Shown: one piece after another, positions 20,143-29,335 of the stretch
Position numbering within the stretch: the first letter of the stretch is position 1
How the letters are laid out: every line of letters begins with the position of its first letter
Assembly: GCA_963753345.1 (NCBI GenBank)
Contig: CAVWBU010000047.1
Span: 32,001-96,000 of the forward strand
Length of the DNA: 64,000 nucleotides
Source: an uncultured Fibrobacterota bacterium
GTDB lineage: Bacteria; Fibrobacterota; Chitinivibrionia; Chitinivibrionales; FEN-1185
Reading direction: 5' to 3'
Translations under genes and position numbers: made by a program
Notes under the pieces: model-generated
Database searches by the model: none
Seen by the model: the letters and a program-made list of their open reading frames with translations, nothing else
What the model was told of the DNA's origin: nothing

Positions 20143-20505
20143 TTAGCGGTCCCTTCTCACCGATTCCGGCGCAAACGCAGGCACGCACACCGCGATGTAT
20201 TCCGCGCCGTCCGCGCCCGGCGTCGAGTATTGCACCCATTCCCCTGCCGCAGCGATAACGGCCTGACCGGCCTGAATATCATACGTCCCGCTTTTCGATG
20301 CCACGCGAAGGAAGCCCCTCAGCACCAGGGAATACTCATCGAACAGCGGTGTCTGGCCGGGCTCAACCCAGCCCTGCGGGCTCTTCATGCGCGCTACGCT
20401 CACGCTTTGCGTATGCGAATTAACCCGGCCGATGAATTCTTCAATCTTCTTGGGTTTGTTGCCGGCTGCGGTGATGATGGTTGGTTTTTCGATGAGGTGG
20501 GGCAT
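20143..20505 (-). CDS. Cupin-domain protein (EutQ-like)
   Basis: PKKIEEFIGRVNS, GWVEPGQTPLFDEYSLVLRG, GEWVQYSTP, EYIAVCVPAF. Confidence 0.8.
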   Translation of the reverse strand: MPHLIEKPTIITAAGNKPKKIEEFIGRVNSHTQSVSVARMKSPQGWVEPGQTPLFDEYSLVLRGFLRVASKSGTYDIQAGQAVIAAAGEWVQYSTPGADGAEYIAVCVPAFAPESVRRDR

Positions 20506-20600
20506 GGAAAATGTTCCTTTCTATGAGGTGCTTACATATTCATGGAGTTTGAACTAAAAAAATGTATCCGGCAAAATGTTGCAAGAGATTTTTCCTTCGA

Positions 20601-20788
20601 CCTCACCCCCTGCCCCTTCTCCGATTGGAGAGGGGGCTTTCGCATTTGACTGTATTCTTGTTTTCATGGCCGCGAAGCGGCATACCTTAGCGGTTGCGTT
20701 GCGAGCCGGAGCACCGTAGGCGCGGAGGCCACGCGCGAAGCGCGCCCGAAGGGGTGCGAAGCATGAACGGGCGACGCTTCGCAATGAC
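20601..20788. repeat. Cluster of REP-like palindromes
   Basis: CCTCACCCCCTGCCCCTTCTCC..GGAGAGGGG hairpin (20601-20636) and TTGCGAGCC..CGAAGC..GCTTCGCAATGAC element (about 20695-20788). Confidence 0.6.
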
Positions 20789-20825
20789 CCGCAAATTCTT
20801 ATATTTTTGCTACCACAATCACCTC

Positions 20826-20945
20826 GTGGGTGCCCCCCAACCGGGATATCTTTCTCGCAAATCAACTTACTTGGGGGCCACCCAGGAGAGGGGAGTGCCG
20901 AGGACCGCACGGCGGGCAGAGGCCGGGGGAGATACCTCTCCCCCG
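20826..20945 (+). repeat. Repeat family B, copy B4 (same subtype as B5)
   Basis: GTGGGTGCCCCCC...GGGGGCCACCCAGGAGAGGGGAGTGCCGAGGAC...GAGGCCGGGGGAGATACCTCTCCCCCG. Confidence 0.8.
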
Positions 20946-21002
20946 ACAAATCCAAAGAAAACTCTTTATTCTCTCCCTCATGCAAAACTATTTTGATACC
21001 CG

Positions 21003-21551
21003 ATGAAGCAGCTCGAACTCCTTATGGACGCGACTGCCTTGGACCGGGCCCTCACCCGCATTTCCCACCAGATCCTCGAAAAAAATCCCGACACCTGCAA
21101 CCTCGGCATCGTGGGTATGCAGACGCGCGGCGTATACCTTGCGCGGCGCATCGCGGCCAAGATCAACGCGCTCGAAAAAACCAAGCTTGCCACCGGCGTA
21201 CTCGACATCACCCTGTACCGCGACGATTACCGAAGGGCGCTCAAGCAGCCCAAGGTAAAGGTCACCAACATTCCCTTCGACATCAACGGCATCGACATGG
21301 TCCTTGTCGACGACGTGCTGTACACCGGAAGAACCGTGCGGGCCGCGCTCGAGGCGCTCAACGATTTCGGCAGGCCTAAAACCATTCAGCTCGCCGTGCT
21401 TGTCGACCGCGACTTCCGCGAAATGCCGATCCGCGCCGACTATGTCGGCCAGACGGTCACCACGCGCAAGAACCAGGAAGTGGCCCTCAAGGTGAAGGAA
21501 ATAGACGGCGAAGACTCGCTGTGGCTCATGGAACTTGAAAAAGGGGACTAG
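21003..21551 (+). CDS. pyrR: Pyrimidine regulatory protein / uracil phosphoribosyltransferase PyrR
   Basis: RALTRISHQILE, LDITLYRDD, VLVDDVLYTGRTVRAAL, LAVLVDR, PIRADYVG. Confidence 0.95.
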   Translation: MKQLELLMDATALDRALTRISHQILEKNPDTCNLGIVGMQTRGVYLARRIAAKINALEKTKLATGVLDITLYRDDYRRALKQPKVKVTNIPFDINGIDMVLVDDVLYTGRTVRAALEALNDFGRPKTIQLAVLVDRDFREMPIRADYVGQTVTTRKNQEVALKVKEIDGEDSLWLMELEKGD

Positions 21552-21552
21552 C

Positions 21553-22479
21553 GTGCCGCTCTCCATAAAGCACCTGCTCGGCCTCGAAGGGGTTTCACGG
21601 GAAGACATCACCCTGATCCTCGACACGGCCGACAGCTTTTACGAGGTGCTCCAGCGCGACATTCCCCAGGTCCCCACCCTGCGCGGCAGGACCATCGTGA
21701 ACCTCTTCTTCGAGAACAGCACGCGCACCCGCATGTCGTTTGAGCTTGCCGAAAAGCGTCTCTCCGCCAATCCGCTCAACTTCTCAACGTCCACCAGTTC
21801 GGTTGCAAAAGGGGAATCCCTGCGCGACACCATGCGCAACATCGAGGCCATGAAGATCGACATGGTGGTGGTGCGCCACGGCGCGGCAGGCGCGCCCGCG
21901 TTCCTCACGCGCTGCACCGACGCGGCCATCGTCAACGCGGGCGACGGCCTGCACGAACACCCGACGCAGGCGCTGCTTGACATGATGACCATACGGCAGA
22001 AATTGAAGCGGCTCGACGGCCTCAAGGTGGCCATCATCGGCGACATCCTCCACAGCCGCGTGGCGCGCAGCAACGCCTGGGGCATGAAGACCATGGGCAT
22101 GGACGTCACGCTCTGCGGTCCGCCCACGCTCCTCCCCCAGCACCCGGACGTGCTCGGCGTGCGCGTGACCGACAGCATGGATGCCGCCTTAAGCGGCGCG
22201 AACGTGGTGATGCTTTTGCGGCTCCAGCTCGAGCGCCAGGGCGCGGGGCTGTTCCCGTCGATCCGCGAATACCGCGAGCGTTACGGGCTCGACCTTGACA
22301 AACTCAACAAACTTCCCGGCGACATCGTGGTGATGCACCCCGGCCCCATCAACCGCGGCATCGAGCTCGCCTCCAACGTGGCCGACAGCGACAAAAGCGT
22401 CATCTTGGACCAGGTGACCAACGGCGTCGCGGTGCGCATGGCGGTGCTCTTTCTGCTCGGAGGGGGCGAGAATGCATAA
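21553..22479 (+). CDS. pyrB: Aspartate carbamoyltransferase catalytic subunit
   Basis: FFENSTRTRMSFE, NAGDGLHEHPTQALLD, GDILHSRVARS, MHPGPINRG. Confidence 0.97.
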   Translation: MPLSIKHLLGLEGVSREDITLILDTADSFYEVLQRDIPQVPTLRGRTIVNLFFENSTRTRMSFELAEKRLSANPLNFSTSTSSVAKGESLRDTMRNIEAMKIDMVVVRHGAAGAPAFLTRCTDAAIVNAGDGLHEHPTQALLDMMTIRQKLKRLDGLKVAIIGDILHSRVARSNAWGMKTMGMDVTLCGPPTLLPQHPDVLGVRVTDSMDAALSGANVVMLLRLQLERQGAGLFPSIREYRERYGLDLDKLNKLPGDIVVMHPGPINRGIELASNVADSDKSVILDQVTNGVAVRMAVLFLLGGGENA

Positions 22480-23815
22480 GAAACCCGACGGCCGCGCCGT
22501 CTACCTTCCCGGGCTGGAGGCCCACCCCGCGTGCATCCTCATCAAGAACGGCCGCGTGATCGACCCCGCAAACCGCGTCGACGCCGAGCTCAACGTGGGC
22601 GTGGAAAGCGGCGTTATCCGCTTTGTCAACAAGGAGATCCCGTCGGGGTTCCGGCCCCAGGAGGAGATCGATGCCGAAGGCATGTGGGTGGTGCCCGGCC
22701 TTATGGACATGCACGTGCACCTGCGCGAGCCCGGCCGCGAGGACAAGGAGACCATAGAGACCGGCACGCAGGCCGCGGCGGCCGGCGGCTTTACCGCGGT
22801 GGCCTGCATGCCCAACACCAACCCGGTGCTCGACGAGGAATCGAAAATCCGCTACGTGGTCCAGCGCGGGCAGCACTGCCCGTGCCGCATCTTTCCCGTG
22901 GGCTCCATCACCAAGGGGCTGCTCGGCGAGGAACTGTCGCCGTTCGGCGAGATGGTGCGCGCCGGCGCCCGCGCGGTGAGCGACGACGGCAAGAGCGTGC
23001 GCAAGTCCAACATGATGAAGAGCGCGCTCAACTACTCAAAATCGTTCAGGATACCGGTGATCTGCCACTGCGAGGATTGCGACCTCTCCGCCGGCGGCCA
23101 TATGAACGAGGGCCTTGTGTCAACGCGCCTGGGCCTGCGCGGCATCCCGGCCATCGCCGAGGATATTATTGTCGCGCGCGACATCATGCTCGCGGAATAC
23201 ACCGGCGCGCGCATCCATATTGCGCACGTGTCAACCGCCGGCAGCGTGCGCGCCATCCGCGAGGCGAAGAAGCGCGGGGTGCACGTCACCTGCGAGACCT
23301 GCCCGCACTACTTTACGCTGTGCGACGGCGACATCGGCGACTACGACACCAACCGCAAGATGAACCCGCCCCTGCGCACCGCCGCGGACCGCGCCGAGAT
23401 CGTGGCCGCGCTCGCCGACGGCACCATCGACGTCATCGCGTCGGACCACGCGCCGCATGTTTCCGAGGAAAAGGACGTTGAATTCGACGCGGCCAGCTTC
23501 GGCGTGATCGGCCTGGAAACGTCGCTGGGCATCGCGCTCACCTATCTCGTTGACAAAGACATCCTCATGCCCGCCGATCTCGTGGAGAAGATGAGCCTTG
23601 TGCCCAACCGCATTCTCGGGCTCGACGGCGGCACACTTTCTCCCGGCAAACGCGCCGACATCACCATCATCGACCCGAAGACAACATGGAAGGTCGACCC
23701 CTCCACCTTCTTCTCCAAGTCCCGCAACACGCCCTTCGAAGGGTTCGACCTCAAGGGCTATGCCCACGCGACGATTCTCGGCGGGGCCATTGTGTATTTG
23801 AGAAATACAAAATAG
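22472..23815 (+). CDS. pyrC: Dihydroorotase
   Basis: DMHVHLREPG, MPNTNP, HIAHVST, KMNPPLR, ASDHAPH, SKSRNTPF; operon with pyrR-pyrB. Confidence 0.95.
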   Translation: MHKKPDGRAVYLPGLEAHPACILIKNGRVIDPANRVDAELNVGVESGVIRFVNKEIPSGFRPQEEIDAEGMWVVPGLMDMHVHLREPGREDKETIETGTQAAAAGGFTAVACMPNTNPVLDEESKIRYVVQRGQHCPCRIFPVGSITKGLLGEELSPFGEMVRAGARAVSDDGKSVRKSNMMKSALNYSKSFRIPVICHCEDCDLSAGGHMNEGLVSTRLGLRGIPAIAEDIIVARDIMLAEYTGARIHIAHVSTAGSVRAIREAKKRGVHVTCETCPHYFTLCDGDIGDYDTNRKMNPPLRTAADRAEIVAALADGTIDVIASDHAPHVSEEKDVEFDAASFGVIGLETSLGIALTYLVDKDILMPADLVEKMSLVPNRILGLDGGTLSPGKRADITIIDPKTTWKVDPSTFFSKSRNTPFEGFDLKGYAHATILGGAIVYLRNTK

Positions 23816-23826
23816 AATTCAGGAGT

Positions 23827-23970
23827 TGGGCGCCCCGCTGCTTCGCAGCGGCGGCCGTCCTTCCGGTCTCGGCCTCCGGCCTCGGGCTGCCACGGCCCTA
23901 TGCCGCGGTAGCGGCCGGGTCCGGGCAGCATCCCGCTTTGGCGGGACCTCCAGTCCTGCCTGGCGCGTGG
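23827..23970 (+). repeat. Repeat family A, copy A4
   Basis: Shares CCTTCCGGTCTCGGCCTCCGGCCTCGGGC and GCATCCCGCTTTGGCGGGACCTCCAGTC with A1. Confidence 0.85.
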
Positions 23971-24062
23971 CATCAGGAACATTCCACAATCAACATATGC
24001 CTTACTAATAAGAATTCACTTGCACGGTTCCATAACAATTCCGGATGGCGCTAGAATTAGTT

Positions 24063-24343
24063 CTTGACAGAAGATATTTCTGTTGCCGCGCGTTAGGTGG
24101 ACTGGAGGGTGAGCTGAAGCGAATTGTCACTGCGTTCCCCAAGGTATGGAAATAGCGCTTCGCGCTTCATTATTGTGTCACTTGCCTTGTGCCGCCTGAC
24201 GACCCTTGGAAGCACCCGAAGGGGTGTTACGGCCCGAAGGGCCCTTGTGGCAGGCGGCAACGAGGCCGACAGGCCGAGCCCGGAAGGAGACCGACCCCAT
24301 GTAAAGCCGCACGGTGGTGCGGCTTTACATGGGGGAACGCCCA
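24063..24343 (-). repeat. Repeat family A, copy A5 (inverted to A4; carries internal insertions)
   Basis: CTTGAC..GCGCGTTAGGTGGACTGGAGG...GGCCCTTGTGGCAGGCGGC..CCGGAAGGAGACCGACCCC..GGGGAACGCCCA; hairpin with 18-bp arms at 24295-24334. Confidence 0.8.
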
Positions 24344-24357
24344 ATTTGTCTTATCCT

Positions 24358-25389
24358 TTATTGAATTACAAGCACTAATTTTCCTGTTTTGTCAATGTAC
24401 CCTCTTGTCGTCCCTGTTCTCACCCTCGCAAGGCCGTCGGAAAATGGCGAAGCATCATCGAACGTAGGTTGCACCACGAAAGCCCCGGCCTTGTCAATAA
24501 AGCCCCATTTGTTATCGCTGCGCACCGCGGCGAGGCCTTCGGTGAACGGGAGCCCCGTTTCGAAACGCGCGGCGATCGCAAACGCTCCGGTCGTGTCGAT
24601 GTAGCCGGTTTTGCCGCCGGCAAGGAACCCGAATTCGTCGCGCACGCCGCCGCTCACCACGGCGGCAAGGCCCTGCGAAAAGCCGTGCGCGATGTCGAAC
24701 TGCGGCGCGATAAGGAACTCGCCGCTTTTGCCGATGTACCCGCATTTTTCCGGGAGCCCCTCGCCGTATTCCTCGGCCGCCGCGTGCACGATCGCCATGG
24801 CGCGGCCGTTGCCGAAATCGCCGGCAAGATCGAACCTCGGGTTGATCACGATGCGTCCCTTGGCGTCGATGAACCCGCGCCTGCCGCCCGGGTCGTCGCC
24901 GATGCGCACCTTGGCGAGACCTTGGTGGAACGGATAGGCCGCGTCGAACTGCGGCGGTATCGCGACGGTTCCTGTTTTGTCAATGTATCCCCATTTGCCG
25001 TGCACCGACACGGCGGCCATACCTTCGGAAAAATCGCCGGCAAGCTCGAACTGCGGATTGACCACGAACCTGCCCGCCGCGTTGATGAATCCCCGCCGCG
25101 CGCCGGCGTCGGCCCCCACTTTCACGCGCGCGAGTCCGTCGTGGAATTCCCATGCGCCGTCGAACTGCGGCACAATCACGCTCTCGCCCTTCTTGTCAAT
25201 ATATCCCCACAGGCCCTTGCTCTGCACCGCCGCAAGCCCCTCGGCAAAGTCCCGATGTGCGGTGCAGGGAAGTTTTACGGTAACGGCGGCCGGCGTTCCC
25301 TCCGGGGTCTTGGCGGCGGATTTGGGACTGCCGTAGGCACATGCGCACAACGAAAGCGCAGCAAACAACGCGGTAAAAACTGTTTTCAT
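24358..25389 (-). CDS. Secreted WG-repeat (KWG Leptospira-type) protein
   Basis: Repeated F.EGLA.V....K(W/R)G(Y/F)IDK.G..VI.PQF units; signal peptide. Confidence 0.9.
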   Translation of the reverse strand: MKTVFTALFAALSLCACAYGSPKSAAKTPEGTPAAVTVKLPCTAHRDFAEGLAAVQSKGLWGYIDKKGESVIVPQFDGAWEFHDGLARVKVGADAGARRGFINAAGRFVVNPQFELAGDFSEGMAAVSVHGKWGYIDKTGTVAIPPQFDAAYPFHQGLAKVRIGDDPGGRRGFIDAKGRIVINPRFDLAGDFGNGRAMAIVHAAAEEYGEGLPEKCGYIGKSGEFLIAPQFDIAHGFSQGLAAVVSGGVRDEFGFLAGGKTGYIDTTGAFAIAARFETGLPFTEGLAAVRSDNKWGFIDKAGAFVVQPTFDDASPFSDGLARVRTGTTRGYIDKTGKLVLVIQ

Positions 25390-25611
25390 CACCAGACTCC
25401 TTGGCTTGTCACCCGATGGGACAGCACACAAAAATAATTAAGGCTGTGGACGCGTACCCGACCGCGCCGACCTTTGACCGGGGAATGTGCCGTGCAACAC
25501 ACGCGGCGTTTGGCATCACGGCGTTCCTTAGTTTATATTAGCCTCATGCCCGCGAGTCCGCCCAGACGGCGTGGGTTTACAAATGCCATCACCTCAACAA
25601 GGAGCCGTTTC

Positions 25612-26250
25612 ATGAAACGTTTGCATTGTGTCGCCGCCGTTGCGGCCGCCGGTTTGGTCCTTCTGATGATCGGATGCGCCAAGGAACCCGCCCGCGAAAT
25701 GGCCGCCGCCAAGGCTGCGGTGGACTCCGCCAAGGCGGCGCAGGCCGATGTGTACCTGCCCGACCAATTTGCTTCGGTCAGCGAGTCTCTCAATGCCGCC
25801 CTCGCCGACATCGACAAGCAGAAGGCCGGTTCTCCCATGAAAAGGAATTACGAAAAGGACAAGCAAAGCCTTGCCACCGTGGCAACCACTGCGTCGGACC
25901 TCAAGGCGAAGGTGGGTGCGGAGAAGGCGCGCGTGCAGGCCGGCGTGGAATCATCCATTGCCCGGGCGTCAGCGTCGGTCGAGGAAATAAAGGCCAGCCT
26001 TAAGAAGCCTGCAAAGAGCAAGAAGGCCAAGGCCGCGCTTGCGGCACAGAAGAGCAAACTGGGCCCCATTGAGACATCCATCAGCGACGCGAAAAGCGCG
26101 CTCGTCAGCGGCGATGTTCTCGGCGCGCGCACGAAAATCGATGCAGCAACTGCCGATCTTGCGGCGCTCAAGGCACCGCCCGCGGCCCCGGAACAGAAAC
26201 CGGCAAAGGCGGCAAAAGGAAAGGCAAAGGCGAAGAAGCACCACCGATAA
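25612..26250 (+). CDS. Ala/Lys-rich coiled-coil lipoprotein (DUF4398-like)
   Basis: RBS AAGGAG, lipobox MIGC, AKAAVDSAKAAQADVYLP pattern. Confidence 0.7.
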   Translation: MKRLHCVAAVAAAGLVLLMIGCAKEPAREMAAAKAAVDSAKAAQADVYLPDQFASVSESLNAALADIDKQKAGSPMKRNYEKDKQSLATVATTASDLKAKVGAEKARVQAGVESSIARASASVEEIKASLKKPAKSKKAKAALAAQKSKLGPIETSISDAKSALVSGDVLGARTKIDAATADLAALKAPPAAPEQKPAKAAKGKAKAKKHHR

Positions 26251-26293
26251 TAACAGGCTGCGGCAAGAGGCACCATCGTGCCGATCGATGTAC

Positions 26294-26327
26294 AAAACGC
26301 CGGGGGAAATTCCCTCCGGCGTTTTTT
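26294..26327. terminator. Bidirectional intrinsic terminator between convergent genes
   Basis: AAAACGCCGGGGG-loop-CCCTCCGGCGTTTTTT. Confidence 0.8.
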
Positions 26328-26328
26328 G

Positions 26329-27039
26329 TCACTCCATGAACTGCTCGGGCGGTTCCTTCTGTGCCGCCTCCAGAATTTTTCCCGCAACCTGGTCTGCGCT
26401 GTCGGCAGCGGGCGCCGACTCGCGCTGGAACGACCGCATCTGCTGGTTCCCCAGCGCGTTTTTGCCGAAATCCGTGGCCGTCATCCGCGGATAGACGGTG
26501 ATCAGGCGGATGTTGTCGGCCGCGAGTTCGACGCGGGCGGTGTCGGTGAGCATGTTGAGCGCGCACTTGGTGGCCGCATAGGCGCCCAGCCCGGGAATTT
26601 TCATCCGGGAAACCATCGAAGAAATGTTGATGATGAGTCCGCCGCCCTTTGCGCGCATCTTCGGGACGGCCGCCTGTATCGCGTAGAGGGGCCCGAACAC
26701 GTTGAGAATAAAAATGCTCTTGAAATGGTCGGGGGTGACCTCGGCAATGGTTCCGGCCGCCGACTGTCCCGCGTTGTTGATGAGGATGTCGATCCTGCCG
26801 AACCGTTCCATGGTCTTGTCGATCAGATTGACCACCTCGGTTTTGTCCCGCATGTCGGTGGGAACGGCAAACGCCTCGTGGTGCTGGTTGTGCAGTTCTG
26901 CCGCCAAGGCCGTGAGCTTGTCTGCCGTGCGCGCCGCGAGCACCACCTTCGCGCCTTCGGCGGCAAACCGTTTGGCCGTCGCCCGGCCGATTCCGGCCGA
27001 CGCGCCCGTGATGACAACGACTTTTCCCGGTATGTCCAT
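26329..27039 (-). CDS. Short-chain dehydrogenase/reductase
   Basis: ITGASAGIG, NNAG, YAATK. Confidence 0.92.
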   Translation of the reverse strand: MDIPGKVVVITGASAGIGRATAKRFAAEGAKVVLAARTADKLTALAAELHNQHHEAFAVPTDMRDKTEVVNLIDKTMERFGRIDILINNAGQSAAGTIAEVTPDHFKSIFILNVFGPLYAIQAAVPKMRAKGGGLIINISSMVSRMKIPGLGAYAATKCALNMLTDTARVELAADNIRLITVYPRMTATDFGKNALGNQQMRSFQRESAPAADSADQVAGKILEAAQKEPPEQFME

Positions 27040-27083
27040 TGCTGCGTTCCTCCTCGTTGTTGTATATGTCAATTAGCGGCTCT

Positions 27084-27473
27084 TTAGCCTCCGATGCCGG
27101 CGGCAGCGATGATCCCTCCCGCGATGTAGGCGACCACCCACCAGCCGTAGGCGATCCGCGTATACCAATGGATGCCGCGCGGCACCAGTCTCCCGCCGCG
27201 GTTTCTTCGCCAGTGTCCCCAGATCAGCATGGTGTCGACCAGCATCGCAAGAAGCGCGGAATAGCCGATAACGCCGTGCACCGTGATGGGGATGTTGCGC
27301 GACCCGACAATCATGTACAGCGTGGCGGTGAGGTCGCACGCGAGGCCGGCGGTGAGGAACACCAGCACCATGCTTGATACAATAGACTTTCGCTGTTCGG
27401 CGATCACCGCGACTGAATAGAACAGCAGGGCGAACGTGACGATCACCACGCCGGTTGCAAGGGTCGGATTCAA
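27084..27473 (-). CDS. Small 4-TM membrane protein (HsmA-like family)
   Basis: ALLFYSVAV, GLACDLTAT, HGVIGYSALLAM, WWVVAYIAG. Confidence 0.65.
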   Translation of the reverse strand: MNPTLATGVVIVTFALLFYSVAVIAEQRKSIVSSMVLVFLTAGLACDLTATLYMIVGSRNIPITVHGVIGYSALLAMLVDTMLIWGHWRRNRGGRLVPRGIHWYTRIAYGWWVVAYIAGGIIAAAGIGG

Positions 27474-27580
27474 GATCTGAGTCCTGTCTCACCGTCAAAT
27501 GCGGCCTCAAAAAACTTCGCCCGAAAAATAGTATATCCTGAGCCCTGCGTGGCATCGGCTTCTGTTACAAGAGACATAAC

Positions 27581-28081
27581 TCAATACACAAAGGGAATCA
27601 GCTTGCGCACCCGGCGGCGGTAGGATTGATATGCCGGGAATTTCTCCGCGAGCCATTGTTCTTCCCGCCGGGACTTGATGTCGAGCAGGACAAAAAGCAG
27701 AACGGCAAAGCTAATGGTAAGCCATCCGTGGACCAGCATTCCGAAACCGAATGACGCGAATATGAGACCGCTGTAGATAGGGTGACGCACAAGACCGTAC
27801 GGCCCGGATTCAACAAGAGCACCGTTATCTTTAGGAAACGGCAGGGGCGTAAGGTTTTCTCCCAATGCAATCATGCCCCATCCTGCAATGAGAGCGCCGA
27901 ACACCAAATCTAGCGCTCCGAGAGCGAAAGCGCTTTGTGCAAGTGCGGCGTTCCACAAAGGCAATCCCGGAACCGTCCGCGGTCCGACGCCCACCAGTGC
28001 GAGCAGCACGAACTGGCCCGCAACATACCATTCGCCGCGGCTTCCCTTCCACCATGGAGCTCGAAAAGATGCGGTGTCCAT
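27581..28081 (-). CDS. Isoprenylcysteine carboxylmethyltransferase/PEMT family membrane protein
   Basis: LTPLPFP..LVESGPYGLVRHPIYSG, REEQWL..FPAY..Y. Confidence 0.88.
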   Translation of the reverse strand: MDTASFRAPWWKGSRGEWYVAGQFVLLALVGVGPRTVPGLPLWNAALAQSAFALGALDLVFGALIAGWGMIALGENLTPLPFPKDNGALVESGPYGLVRHPIYSGLIFASFGFGMLVHGWLTISFAVLLFVLLDIKSRREEQWLAEKFPAYQSYRRRVRKLIPFVY

Positions 28082-28151
28082 GACGTCTCCAGATACAGCA
28101 AAGGGACTCGCTTGCACGGGTCCCCTTACAAAAGTATATTGCCGCCGTCTG

Positions 28152-29192
28152 CTATTTCCTAAATAGAAAGATCTTGCCCTGCGTGGTCTTGTTGCCCTGT
28201 GTCATGCGGACAAAAACCATTCCCGAGGCCGGGACCCTGCTCTTGAGAGAAATGTGATTGTACCCCATGGCGACGTTGTTCATCGCTTCGGTAAACAGCA
28301 GGGAGCCGCGGGCGTCAAAGCACTGGACTGTTGCGGGCGCCGCGTCGGCTGCGGTGAAATTCAGCTGAAGGGTGCGGTTGCGGTCTGCGGAGTGATGCTT
28401 TTTAGCGCCAGGCCGCCATTTATGAGAGTTGAAATAGGCGCGGTCGGCTACGGAGACTGGGCCCATGTAGTTGAAGTCGACGAAGTCGACATTCATGGGC
28501 CCGTTTCCCTTCGGATTCGTGCAGACCTGGTATCTGAACAACTGCATTCCGGAATCAAGCGCCAGTCGGCGGTAGTCTTTCATATACCACCAAGAGTGAA
28601 AATCATACTGACAGCCACTGGTAAGATGCAGGGTGTCTGTTCCGGTACTTATGGAATCGGCGCCGTTCAACAGGGACATCTCAACGTATGGACCCCACGG
28701 GGTGTCAATGTCGGCCGCCGTCTGAAAAATGCTCAGACTGTAAATGCCGGGTTGTTTCACATAAACCGTATATTTTGTCCAGTCACCCATATTGGCGTCT
28801 GCCAGATAGCAATCGGTGCTGGCGGAATCATGAACATAGTCCGGACCAACCCAGCCATTACTCATGCAATCGTTGCCCTCACCCATCACTTGCAGGCTGG
28901 GTCCGGTAATCGCGCGCAAATAATGGCAAGCCCATTGACCAACAGCCATATAATCGTGCCAGGTTACGCCATTTGTGTTTGCATCAAGTGTCGCTTCGGG
29001 CTGTGTCTTGCCTGCCATTCCCTGATCGAAGCGGGAAAGCCTGACTCTTCCCGGGATCTGCTGGATAGTATCGTGATAGGGAAAGCCCTTGTACCCGGCA
29101 GGGATTGCGGAATCCGCGGGAAAACTGATGAACAGGACGGCAAGGAACGATCCGGCAACAGCCAGGCGCTGCGCCGCAGAAAAGAAATTCAT
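28152..29192 (-). CDS. Secreted carbohydrate-binding (CBM-like) protein with C-terminal sorting-like domain
   Basis: Signal peptide; QQIPGRV..FDQG, GDWTKYTVYVKQPGIY, MNVDFVDF; tail CFDARGSLL..GMVFVRM. Confidence 0.65.
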   Translation of the reverse strand: MNFFSAAQRLAVAGSFLAVLFISFPADSAIPAGYKGFPYHDTIQQIPGRVRLSRFDQGMAGKTQPEATLDANTNGVTWHDYMAVGQWACHYLRAITGPSLQVMGEGNDCMSNGWVGPDYVHDSASTDCYLADANMGDWTKYTVYVKQPGIYSLSIFQTAADIDTPWGPYVEMSLLNGADSISTGTDTLHLTSGCQYDFHSWWYMKDYRRLALDSGMQLFRYQVCTNPKGNGPMNVDFVDFNYMGPVSVADRAYFNSHKWRPGAKKHHSADRNRTLQLNFTAADAAPATVQCFDARGSLLFTEAMNNVAMGYNHISLKSRVPASGMVFVRMTQGNKTTQGKIFLFRK

Positions 29193-29335
29193 ACATCCCC
29201 CTCTACTTTAACATGTGGTCTCTTCCCGGAATGTAATATAAACAAAAAAAGGCTAGGTATCAAAACAGAATAGATTCCCAATAAAAAAGAAATTGTTAAA
29301 CGAAATATGTTCCATTCTTTAAATGCTATGGTTTT

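Noticed and set aside
20790-21002. PyrR-binding attenuator upstream of pyrR
   Set aside because: No recognisable PyrR binding-loop consensus or terminator; the hairpins here belong to repeat B4.
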